Shown here piece by piece: positions 52,545 to 64,000 of a stretch of DNA of 64,000 nt. The first letter of the stretch is position 1. Each line of letters opens with the position of its first letter. The DNA lies in NCBI RefSeq assembly GCF_006345805.1, contig NC_042999.1:133610001-133674000 (forward strand), read 5' to 3'. The notes beneath the pieces were generated by a model, which had not been told where the DNA came from, did not search any database, and was given only the letters and a program-made list of their open reading frames with translations. Both the position numbers and the translations under genes were made by a program. This DNA is from Octopus sinensis. Taxonomy: Eukaryota.

Positions 52545-53180
52545 GTAATAGGCACAAGGCCTGAAATTTCGTTGGAATTGGTTAGTCGATTATATTAAGT
52601 CGTGGCCAAAAGTTTGGAACATAGGTCTGAAAATTAGAATTTTTATATTAAACGCTCAAAAGTCATATTCAATTTGCAATGTATTAATCTCTTGACCAAA
52701 AGTTTGAAACATAGGTCTGAAAATTAGAATTTTTATATTAAACGCTCAAAAGTCATATTCAATTTGCAATGTATTAATCTCTTGACCAAAAGTTTGAAAC
52801 ATAGGTCTGAAAATTAGAATTTTTATATTAAACGCTCAAAAGTCATATTCAATTTGCAATGTATTAATCTCTTGACCAAAAGTTTGGAACATAGGTCTGA
52901 AAATTAAAGATTTATTATATTAAATGCCCAAATATATACGTTGGATGTATTTGAATCGAATTGTACTTGAGTATAACAATTAAAAAATTTTTTTTTAAAT
53001 GTACCTAACTTTTGGCTACGACAGTAGATCCAATTTGTCTGCTGGGACTTATTTTATTGGCGCCGAAATCATGAAAAGCAGAGTCGTACTCGGCGGAATT
53101 AAAACTTAGAACGTAAAGCCGGAAGAAATGCTAGTAAGCATTTTGTCCGGTATGATAATGTTTCAGCCAGCTCTCCGCCT
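52545..53180 (-). mobile_element. SINE family A copy split by a MITE insertion
   Basis: ataggcacaaggcctgaaatt..agtcgatta, then the insertion, then ..ctcggcggaatt..ccagctctccgcct. Confidence 0.75.
52597..53026. mobile_element. Tc1-type MITE containing a 90-bp tandem repeat (~3.4 copies)
   Basis: TIRs agtcgtggccaaaagtt and aacttttggctacgacagta; unit markers ccaaaagtttg at 52606, 52696, 52786 and 52876. Confidence 0.85.
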
Positions 53181-53295
53181 TCATTGTAAGCTAAATATAC
53201 TAATTGGTATGAATCAAATATATCCCACTCCTATAAAACTGCGGTCGGGGACTTGCTAGCAATATAAGAAATTTCATTTAATTTTCTCTACTATT

Positions 53296-53375
<80 letters not shown>

Positions 53376-54801
53376 ACACACACACGCACACACACACACA
53401 ACACATTAAAATTTGTTTTTTACAGTTGTATATTTATACTTAATTAGCCTCTTAATATTCAATACATTAATATGCCAACACAAACTTACATATCCTACCA
53501 CGTGGTAAATGATGATGTTCACCTAGTGGTTAATATCATGTATAAAAGGAATTTATCGAGAAATAGTATGTGGTATAATGGAGCGCCGTCGTATTTGACG
53601 ACGATTTTCAAGATACTCTCGATAAAATGAGGTACCCATAGGTTGTTTTAGCGTGTATGTGTATTGTGTCTGAGCATTCAACATACATTTGTATTTTTAA
53701 CGTGACCCTAAATCAAAATCAAGGGGACACAGTCTGACCATAATAGTTAATTGAATTACCGGTGCAAACAATCCGGCGAGCTTTTACACAATTTCCATCT
53801 AATCCAATTTCTCTTCCAAGTGTTGTTTTAGCTCCAAGTTATAGTAAAGGACAAATGCTCAAGATGTCACGTAGTGAGAAGGAACTCGAAACCTCGTAAT
53901 TGTGAAGTGGACTTCTAAAGCATTCGGCAAAGCAGTAGCTTTATTGTGTATACACCCGACGTCCCCTCTTCTTCATGAATTCAAGCAGAGTCTATATACC
54001 CCATAATAAAATAGTAAACACCGACGACTGGTGGATTCTGATCTAAGTTCGAGCATTCATATATTGATATGATTCATTCAATTAACTACTTTTAATGTTT
54101 TTCTATCGAAAATTTCAAAGAAATATCAGCAATAGATTTGAATCCCTGGGCCATAAATAGGGAGCTCAATAATGTAATTACCCAAATATCCCCTAACAAT
54201 ATACAAATGGATATTCCAAAGAAACAATGAACTCTGTGATTCTACAAGTCTACACGTCGCGTTTTTACTGAGATAAGAATTTATACTATATAAATATACT
54301 AACATGCTTTTAGAGAAAAAACTTGTCCTTTAAGTGTCAGCGAAATCCCAGAACGGACCATATTAGTAGAACATGCTTTTGACTCCCACTTATAAACGAG
54401 TTAGTTAATTTATTTTGCATGTGGCATGTTCCCTTCGACAAATAGCTAATTTCCCTGTATCCTATGTAAGAAAATCTTGTAGTTTGTAATATTTGAATTG
54501 CTTGTTAAACCTACGATTCTATACAATTCGTGCTGAGAGATAGTGCACTGATTGCCAAACCGTGTGTTATGACAAAGACAGATGTTTAAGACAACGCCAA
54601 ATCAGCAGCTGTCCAAACAAAAGGTTGCTGTTTCGAATCATATGTGGTAATTCCCGTCGATTCAGTGCTTTCGAAGCCTCTTTTAAGATATGCACTCATA
54701 CACCTTTACAAATACACACCGTATTTATATATGCCCATCTATATATACCTATATAGATGTCCTATATGTGAATACGCGCACAAATACATATATACATGAA
54801 T

Positions 54802-54880
<79 letters not shown>

Positions 54881-55841
54881 ACCATATATGTGCATATTTG
54901 TTAGCATGTGATACATGTGTATATACACATATGTAATACACCCTCGTACAGACATTTACAAAATATACGCCAGTCAGTTAGTGAGTTCATCCCGCACATG
55001 TTTATAGCGGTTACCTTACATAATTCTCGATCAGTTGCGCGTTTTGTTTTCCTATTGTTTTACTGTTTTGGAGCTTTGTAATTTGGATGTCTTCCCTTGT
55101 CTTCATTTTCTTTCTTCTTTTTAAATTTTTCAGCTAGCGTTTCATGTGAACACTGTTTTTGAATGGCGGTGATTTTCTTCTCGTGGCCTGGCGCAGATCA
55201 AAGGTTATAAAAACAGCTTTCTTTGACCAATATGTACAAAAATTGTAATTTCTTATTTGAAGGCAATTTCAGATAACATCCGAACAGACCAAACAATATG
55301 TATTTACATAACTGTCCCTTGCCAGCAACAAAAATCAGACTATCTTTCCTTAAACCTGTGAATTAACTCGACAAATTTATTAATCCTTTCTTCAATTATC
55401 TTCACTTCTGCAATTTATTCTCCATTGCTTCAAATGGAGAATAAATTCAAGGCGATAAAAGTGCAAACATGTAAAACTAAGTGAATAAAATAACATTGCA
55501 AAATTCCAGTTTCTTTGTTACCCCTCGGGTATCCCTTCGTATATCATTATGTATTTCTCAATGCGTATAAATACTTTTGAGCAAGTTCAATAATACTTAT
55601 AAGTATGTTCTAATAAAGAAATGATTATTATCATTATCATCACAACTAACATACTCAGCTTGTTGCTGGAGGTGTCATAAATATACCAGCTGTACACTTC
55701 TCGTGAAATAAGGTGGTACTTTCCTTTCAAGTCTCGAGAAGTTTTCGGAGACTGCTTCCACTGCCAAGCAATGTTTGTTAGATATATGCTCTATTTCCAC
55801 TTTTAATCCTGTCTTTTCCAACCAATATTTGTTTATTGGCA

Positions 55842-55877
<36 letters not shown>

Positions 55878-56599
55878 CAGGATGAGGAGGTAAGTTAGTA
55901 AGTAAGTTATCTTAAAACTGAAATTAGACCAAACATGACATGAAATTCTTATTTTCTGTACCCAGATTTCAATTTCTTTTTACTGAAAATAATGCGAATC
56001 AACTTCTCACCGTTGTTACATCGTTGTCTAAGTTTCACTCAGAATATTTCCAAATATGTTGTCTTTTCTTTCCTTTTTATAAGCTACCTCATTTTAAATG
56101 TCTTAATCTTTTTCAAGTTGATGCTAATGCGTTTGTTTGGCGAAAGTTTATTTGAATTACACTGAAGACTTTTTTTCTCATCAAACACTGTGACTATACC
56201 ATCTGGTAAAACTTTAAACAATCTAAACAGGGACCAGCGAGTTGGAAAAGAAAAACAGAGTCATGATAAAAGAATAAAGGGCTACATGTCTTATCAACGA
56301 TAAAAAAGAGTCAACTCCTTCTTTAATAGTTAAAATCCGATCGGATGATAATGTTGTCTGTGATGTTCCAACATTACTCGTGAGAAATACTTAAAGCAGA
56401 AATAGATCGGCACCAAAAAACTAAGTAGCGCTTTCTCGTTCTTAATCCTTTATTATTATTTTTTCGTCTCTTTCCTACGCGTCTTGCTTGTAATCAGAAA
56501 GAACAGACAGTATTTCATTTAGTGGTGCTTTGAAGATGTGGGTGAAGCAATATATCAAAGCAGCAGAATAATTTATGTGGCGTGAGAAGAAAGAGGGCA

Positions 56600-56648
<49 letters not shown>

Positions 56649-57046
56649 AGAGACACAGAAAGAAATTGAGAATGAGACTTCAAGAGGGTTAACTGATGCA
56701 ATGGTAGTGATCAAAAATAAACATGAAGAGGCTAAGCCGGAAGCTGTATGAAGCATTTGACGTATGAACGAGAATCAATATCAACGAAATTGAAACATGG
56801 GGTAGGACCAAACGTAAAATCTATACGTACCGTACGTAGAAAACTTCATCAAATTAAGAGTAAGGGAACCAGAAATACTGAAATAACTTAGCACTTCGTG
56901 GGCCGGCGGGGTCCTTTAGGACCCCAGCAAGTTTTAAAACTTAGGCAACTTTTACATTTTTTAATTTACATGATTTTTATATCACATGACTTTTATTGTC
57001 AATAGCTTATGTATGCACATAAACATTTTGAGTTAAAAACATTCAG

Positions 57047-57649
57047 TGGCAGATATAATATAATTAATTTGAACACTACAAGTTAGTCATTGGCCTTCTG
57101 TGAAATTATTTTTATCTGTTCTTTTTTCAGATATTCTGATGAACTATAAGTCAATTTTCTTCGTATTTGTACTGGAATGAATTAATTTAGTTTTACATTA
57201 TATTTAGTACTATATGTATAGTTTATAAAACTATAAAAAAAAAAGTGCTACAATCCTTGTTCTCTATCATGCAGTCACACATATATAGAGGATTAAACAA
57301 ATATTACTTTATGGATTGTGCGGAAATGCGCAAAAATAAAAGGGGACCCCAATGGCCTTTTGTGTAATTCCAACCCAACGGTCCACAAAGGGTGAAAAGA
57401 GGAAAATTTATTGTTAGCTTTTAGAGGCTAGCACAAAATGAGTGACAGAGAGGAAAATTCAGTGATATGGTACAAGAAATCCCTAAATTTCTTAATTACT
57501 GTAACCATATGCTGTTAATCAATAATTAGAAGATCAAATAGATTCTATTCCTTAGTAACCGATTTTGTACAGATAGCGTAGGTGTTGCATGAAATGTATT
57601 TTGAATGGCAGATATAATATAATTAATTTGAACACTACAAGTTAGTCAT
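57047..57649. repeat. Exact 44-bp direct repeat pair 559 bp apart
   Basis: tggcagatataatataattaatttgaacactacaagttagtcat at 57047-57090 and 57606-57649. Confidence 0.9.
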
Positions 57650-58133
57650 GGACAACTTTAGTAAACTCCACTCCTTTACAATCCTTCACACCTGACATCT
57701 GGTTCCTTACATGCATATATTTATCGGGCTTACATTGATCTCCAGGCTTCCAGGCTTCCAGACTTCCAAAATCATTTTCTTCTGAGCGGACTGGGAAGGT
57801 TTGCAAAATTAAAGATCAAAATGACAAGTTAGTCGTTATAAACTAGCCAGAAGGGCTAATACACTTCTGACTTGTAAAGAAACAAGATACAGTAATAAAC
57901 TATAGCCTTGTTTGTTACTACTCTCAGCTGATGCAGAAAAATTAAATGTATTCCATATTAAAGAAATACGTCAGTAAAGGTCAGTGCAGCATAAAATAGG
58001 AAAGAATATTACGCTAATACATGCGCCTAATGCCGATATATTACATGTTCAGCACAACATAGAATATTCTCAATAAAATACGATCTAATGATAAGATACT
58101 CGATTATATAGAACGGGATTCAGAAACACTTAC

Positions 58134-58196
58134 CTTCTGCTGCTTTTCAGGGATCTCTATCAGGTCGGGGATTTTGTCTCGTGCCCCAGGTTTCAC
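58134..58196 (-). CDS. Candidate 63-nt exon (VKPGARDKIPDLIEIPEKQQK)
   Basis: ttttgattcAG acceptor, consensus AAG|GTAAGT donor, phase 0-0, inside a longer open frame (58104-58298). No homology recognised. Confidence 0.25.
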
Positions 58197-58620
58197 CTGA
58201 ATCAAAATTTCCAACCCCATCCCGACAGTTTTTCTTTTGGAGTCTTTATTTTTGTCAAAATGCTCGGGTATTCCAAAGCCACACATTTCACCACCCACTA
58301 CATGTATAGTTTTGGTGATACATTAGATCTATACAGAGGTCCTTCTCCCTCACATCAGTATTATTATGAAATCTTCAGTTTTGGGGGGACTATGGGGTGC
58401 TTCACAGCCAAGGTTTGTACTTGTGAGCATGTCCCACATAACTGATGATTTAACGTATCTTCCTTAAGCAGAGTTCAGTTTGGTCTGAGAGAGTACACTC
58501 TAATTTGTGTCTTTTCGTCGATATACAAAAATATAAAATTGCTTTCCTTTCTGTTTGGTATAAAAAGTGTTGCGATTAGGTATATTTCCCCGCTTCTTTT
58601 AAATATACATGATTATTAGT

Positions 58621-58890
58621 GAAGGCGCGTGACTTAGTGGTTAGAGTAATCGGCTTACATTCGTAAAGTTTAAGAGTTCGATCCCCAGCGGCGCGTTGTG
58701 TTCTAGAGCAAGATGCTTTATTTCGCGTTGGTCCAGTCCAATCAGCTGGCAAAAAATGAATGTCACGCTGAATCTCCTTGAGAACTACTTTAAGGGTACG
58801 GGTGTCTGTGGAGTACTCAGCCACTTGCACGTTAATTTGACGAGGAGGCTGTTCCGATGGTCTACTCAGCTGGGATCCTCGTCGTAGTTA
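58621..58890 (+). mobile_element. tRNA-derived SINE related to the 32432 and 12555 copies
   Basis: ggcgcgtgacttagtggttagag..gagttcgatcccc..gtactcagccacttgcacgttaattt. Confidence 0.85.
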
Positions 58891-59101
58891 GCGACAAAGC
58901 GAAACATGATTTTTGTTTAAAAGGACGAAATTGATTTTGGCAAAAGAAATACCTTTTACTGAGTTTTCACTGCTATCTCCTCTTGTGAGTATAACCGTTG
59001 TCACTACCATTATTGCTTCTTATTGAGGTGATGGCGGTGGCAATGCACGATCTGCTGCTACTTCTGATTTTAAAAAATCTTATTTGACTGACATAACATT
59101 G

Positions 59102-59280
59102 GAAGAAAGAGTGAGAGAAAGTTGTGGTGAAAGAGTACAGCGGGGTTCCCCACCCCGCCGGATCCTCGTGGAGCTTAAGTGTTTTTGTTCAATAAACACT
59201 CACAATGCCCGGTCTGGGAATCGAAACCGCGTTCTTACGACGCGAGTCCGCTACCCTAACCACTGGGCCATTGTGCCTCC
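59102..59280 (-). mobile_element. SINE family C, 5' part
   Basis: Reverse complement of gaggcacaatggcccagtggttagggtagcggact. Confidence 0.88.
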
Positions 59281-59346
59281 ACTGCTGCTGCTGCTGCTAT
59301 ATGGTCGTTGTTGTTGTTACTGCTACAGATACTGATGATACGATTA

Positions 59347-59743
59347 TCTTTATATATAAAAGTAAGGTTGTGTGTCTGTCTCCTACGATTTAGATTCCTA
59401 ACTACTCCCACATTTTGCGGTGCAGTGTAACCAAAAGTGGGTATCTTATAGTCGTGATTCATATCGAGCCCTTCTGGGTATTAGCGCCCGTCTACGTTGA
59501 GTCTACGATTTTAAAAATAATTTACCATTATTTTTTTTCATTTTAATGCATTTTTTCGCTATTATATAAGGAAAGTAACTCTCTAAAAATGTCTACGATG
59601 AGTCAACAATTTAAAAAAAATTTACCAACATATTTTTTCCATTTTTAATGCATTCTTTTGCTATGGTTTGGCTATAACTCTCTAAAAATGCTTATATAGT
59701 TATTTCCCTTACAAACCCGAGCAACGCCGGGCGATAATGCTAG
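59347..59743 (+). mobile_element. Non-autonomous Helitron-like element, copy 3
   Basis: A|TCTTTATATATAAAAG ... CCCGAGCAACGCCGGG..CTAG|T; collinear with copy 1. Confidence 0.88.
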
Positions 59744-60109
59744 TTAAATATAATTACGTTTGTAGTATTATGTAGTCGGAGATGACTGTAAAACACAGTT
59801 TCACCTTCAAAACTTTCTCCTATTTCCCCTCATTCTAATAGGATGATAAAGATACGACATTTGAAATTTCTGTGTTTCGAAAAATGTTCTTCCAAATTTT
59901 TTTTGTCCCTTAGGGCGAGTCCAAAAAAAAAATTGCTGCTGATCAGTCCCTAACAGTGCCAATAATTAAAGAAAAACATTGCACAACATAAACCACAAAA
60001 ACGGAATTCTAAAAAGGAAGTCTAAGGCACAAAGTCAAGGAGTTTCCAAAATACTTTTAGGTTTGGCGATGAATAGCAGCAGCAACAACTACAATAACGG
60101 TAATAATAA

Positions 60110-60591
60110 TCCTGTCTGAAAGGTCTGAAACTTTTGGGGAGATGACCAGTCGATTACATCGACCCCGGTGTTTCACTGATACTTAATAAATCGAACCGAA
60201 AGGATGAAAAGAAAAGTCAACCTCGGCGGAATTTGAGCTCAGAGTGTATTGATAGGCGAAATACCTATTTCTTTACTTGACCTCCGCAGAATTTGGACTC
60301 AGAACGTAGAGGCAGACGAAATACTGCTAAGCATTTCGTCCGGCGTGCTAACGTTTCTTATTTCTTTATTGCCCACAAAGGGCTAAACATAGAGAGGGGA
60401 CAAACAAGGACAGACAAAGGGATTAAGTCGATTACATCGACTCCAGTGAGTAACTGGTACTTAATTTATCGACCCCGAAAGGATGAAAGGCAAAGTCGAC
60501 CTCGGCGGAATTTGAACTCAGAACTTTAAGACAGACGAAATCCCACTAAGCATTTCACCCGGCGTGCTAACGTTTCTGCCAGCTCGCCGCC
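60110..60591 (-). mobile_element. Tandem cluster of three SINE family A units (one full, two partial)
   Basis: Three occurrences of the cctcggcggaatttgaactcaga-like core, at ~60220, 60280 and 60500. Confidence 0.88.
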
Positions 60592-60859
60592 TTAATAATG
60601 ATAATAATAATAATGTACCCTTCCGTCGAAGACAACGTATGAGTTTTCAGCTTTTGCCAAACGACCTGCAAGAATGGTTTGTTTACATTGATTTGGTATA
60701 GCTCACTCTCTCCATAGAATCGGCGTTGCCTAGACAGGTGACAGGTGCACAGTGCACCAGGCATTAGGTGTTGAAGTGATCGCAGGGCACCGAGAGACGA
60801 AGTGTTTTGCCCAAGAACACAACGCTCTACTTGGTTTAGGAATTGAAACAATAATTCTT

Positions 60860-61020
60860 TCTATTATAGGCACAAGGCCTACAATTTGGGGGAGGGGAAC
60901 AATCGATTACATTGAACCCGGTACTTAGGTGACACTTACTTTATCGATCCTGAAATGATGAAAGGCAAAGCCGGCCTCGTAATTAAGACAAGTAATTCGC
61001 CCGGCGTGCCAACTCGCTGC
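60860..61020 (-). mobile_element. SINE family A, internally deleted copy
   Basis: ataggcacaaggcc..atgaaaggcaaagccggcctcg..cgcccggcgtgc. Confidence 0.75.
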
Positions 61021-61021
61021 C

Positions 61022-61048
61022 ATAATAATAATAATAATAATAATAATA

Positions 61049-61083
<35 letters not shown>

Positions 61084-61089
61084 TTAATG

Positions 61090-61153
<64 letters not shown>
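61022..61153. repeat. (AAT)n microsatellite
   Basis: Visible directly. Confidence 0.97.
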
Positions 61154-61154
<1 letters not shown>

Positions 61155-61401
61155 CTATTCAGGAGAAATGTATCCTGGACAGAAGCGGTGACAACCAGCT
61201 TCAATTACTTTGGGAAATATTTTCAACTGTCGTCAGGACTATAGCTGTTGTTATTTGTTATTTGGTATTGTAATTTGTTATTGTAAACTGTGTCAAACAC
61301 GGTGGTATACCACGAAGGAACGTGAAAATAAGATGACAACGTTGGACAGCTGCTGGTCGCATGTAAAGTCTGGCAAGCATATGTGAACCTTACACACACA
61401 C

Positions 61402-61453
<52 letters not shown>

Positions 61454-62245
61454 ACACACACACACACACACATATCAAGAAGTTAAAAATATACTGGTAT
61501 TCATTTAGATTTTTTATTTAAAAGTTTCTAAAGACTTAACCGGTTTCAAAGATTTTCTTCATTTTCAAAAGTTGAGATAGAAAGACGTGGTGCCAAGCTG
61601 GAACTGTCTTCTTTCTGCGTTTTCAACTTTTTTCTATATTTCTGCCGAGTAAGTATGTATGTATGTATGTATGTATGTATGTATGTATGTATGTATGTAT
61701 GTATGTATGTATTTGTGGCTGTATGTATGTGTATGAATGAGGGTATTATCCTATTTACAGATTTGGTCTGGAGTAAGAAACTTTGCCATCGAAATGTCAC
61801 TGACACCCTTGAGATCAATGCCACTAAATTTCTGCTAGAACTGTCGTAGGTCTATGGCTGGAAAAATAAAAACCGGAAGAAGAACAGATTCCAGAGATGT
61901 GCAAGTTTGGAATGGATGAAATAATGAATAACTGAAGAAAGAGGGACGAACATGTTGGTAGTTCCTCACTGAAGGTGAGATGAGCTTAGCTAGCTCTGAG
62001 GAGCAGAGGCTAATCTAGAAGTAACAGGAAAGCAGAGGCTGCAGTATATTTTTGAACGACTTCATCTTAATCCTTTTTTAGATAAAAGCACCGTCTCAGA
62101 TATGGAAACAGTATTGTAGTATGGGCGTCCCTTAGCCCTGTAGAAGGCTACAAGTTATTGATGGCTGAAATATTTTGTAACTCTCAAGGGAAAGGTTAAT
62201 CCTTGATATATCGTGAATGTAATATGTCAATCATGCCTATTATTC

Positions 62246-62328
62246 GAGGCTCTGATGAAGCTATAAGATATTACTGAGACACTCAAGTATGAGTCCATTG
62301 CACATTATAGCAGAAACAGCCGTGGGCT
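62246..62328 (+). ncRNA. Degenerate type I hammerhead ribozyme motif (G at the cleavage position)
   Basis: GGCT-CTGATGA-A-GCTATAA..TTATAGC-A-GAAAC-AGCC-GT-G-GGCT: 7-bp stem II, near-palindromic ACAGCCGT, and a GUG triplet, which does not fit NUH. Confidence 0.55.
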
Positions 62329-62818
62329 AATGAAGGTTATTCGTGCTTCATTTTCTTATAATGTATTCATATATATTTATACCTTTACATTTGTATGTGC
62401 ATATTTTTTGTGATTGCTAATCATCCTCTCATGGGCTGAGGTGGTGACGAAGGATGGGCATAAACAATATTCAATGAATTGTTGTCTATATAAACCATAC
62501 CATCAACTCCCCCCCCCCAATTGATAGTAAGAGTTATCGTTCCCTTCACAATGTAGATGTTGGCACATGTGAATGGGTATGGTAATATAGATATAGAAGT
62601 GTTCCAACTACTTGTGTATACTGCAGCGGTTCATAGATTTGAGCGCCGATGAAACTGTGAGCTGCAGAATATAAAATATAGTCATACATACACATACGAC
62701 TGTATGTGCGCGCATGCGTATGTGCATACACACACACATACACATACATACATATATACATACATATATACATACATACGTAATACATACATACATACAT
62801 ACATACATACATACATAC

Positions 62819-62866
<48 letters not shown>

Positions 62867-64000
62867 CTTAGAATTTGTGTGTGCATGCGTGCGTGCGTGT
62901 GTGTATATGTGTGTGTGTGAGCTATTACTAACATGAACACACTCATTAGCATACACCCACACTCTTATGAGCATATATGATACGAAAGCATAAAATAGAG
63001 AGAAAATGCCGAATGTTGCCAAAATTGCCAGTATCATATAATAATTTCACTCCTCTTTAGTAATGGTGAAGCCGAAGAGCACAGAGAACCGGGGGTTAGG
63101 AAAGAGGCAGAAAGAAGAAAAGAATTTTGATAGCAGAAGACCGAGGTTAGTGTGGTGGGGGGGAAGAAATTGAGCTAGCTGTTCACGATGCTACGTGGAT
63201 GGAAAGGAAAAGCTACCAATTTAATTGGTATTCAATTTGTGTTGTCTGAAATTGCATCTAACCTGTTCGCAAATCAATATCTTGTATTCCGTGAGTTATT
63301 TATTCCTACAATATAGCGTCTTTATATCTCACATTTGATAACAAATCTGTATTTATGTGTTATTATTCTAAATATTGATTATTAAATTTATAGCTTGTTT
63401 AACAAATGAAGACCATAAAATTTATGTCTCAATGCGATTCCTATCTACGTACACTTCATCGTACAGTTTAATAACGTGGTTCACATCAACACGTCTACAC
63501 ACGTATGCACACGCAACGAGTATGTTATTGCTGTGTAGGTATATACTCATATCTATCTGTCTTTCTCTACCTCGGTCTCTCTCTTTCTCTCCTCCCTTCC
63601 CTCTCTCTTTCTCCGCATGTCTCCTCTTCTTTCTTTTTTTCTCTCTACCTGTCTTTTCTATCTATGAATCTCTCCCTCCCCCTCTCTCTGTATGTATGTA
63701 TATACAGACACACACGTTTACACACTTACATATATACAGTGTAAAAAAAAAAGAGAGAAATAATCTAAGGGAAATATCTTGAATAGACGAATCATTTCGA
63801 AAAGGGTCGACGTACATAATAAAATTCTTAAGTGAAATTTACCTCATTTGAAGAAAGAAATATAAAAAATCTGGCATAAATTATTATCGCCTCTGAACCA
63901 AAAAAAAAGTTAAATAAGAATAAATTTTCTCAGAACTAATTTACATAATTTGGTGTAAAAGGGTGATTCTGATTGCAGTCAAAAACACGTTTGCGGATAT

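Noticed and set aside
52606-52915. Regularly spaced repeats suggestive of a CRISPR array
   Set aside because: The units are contiguous identical 90-mers with no unique spacers, inside a eukaryotic MITE.

Overview
Eukaryotic, AT-rich, repeat-saturated genomic DNA, most likely from an octopus or another coleoid cephalopod. That assignment is an inference from recurrent tRNA-derived SINE families recalled as octopus-type and from the very high microsatellite density. No intact protein-coding gene can be supported: almost all listed ORFs are microsatellite artefacts or decayed transposon frames, and a few isolated exon-like segments are reported at low confidence. Recognisable elements: at least three SINE families (over 20 copies or fragments); decayed hAT (Buster/Charlie-like), maT/DD37D-like, mariner-like, Tc1 and Tigger/pogo DNA transposons; several MITEs; four non-autonomous Helitron-like copies; CR1-like and R4/Dong-like LINE fragments; and a decayed Penelope-like element (RT plus GIY-YIG) at about 40-41.4 kb. 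The most interesting signal is a dispersed set of type I hammerhead ribozyme motifs (21.5, 45.5 on both strands, 47.6 and 62.3 kb, with partial motifs at 2.1 and 3.2 kb). Several lie inside inverted or direct repeat architectures typical of Penelope pseudo-LTRs and retrozyme-like non-autonomous elements, and several share non-canonical extra nucleotides at the base of stem II.
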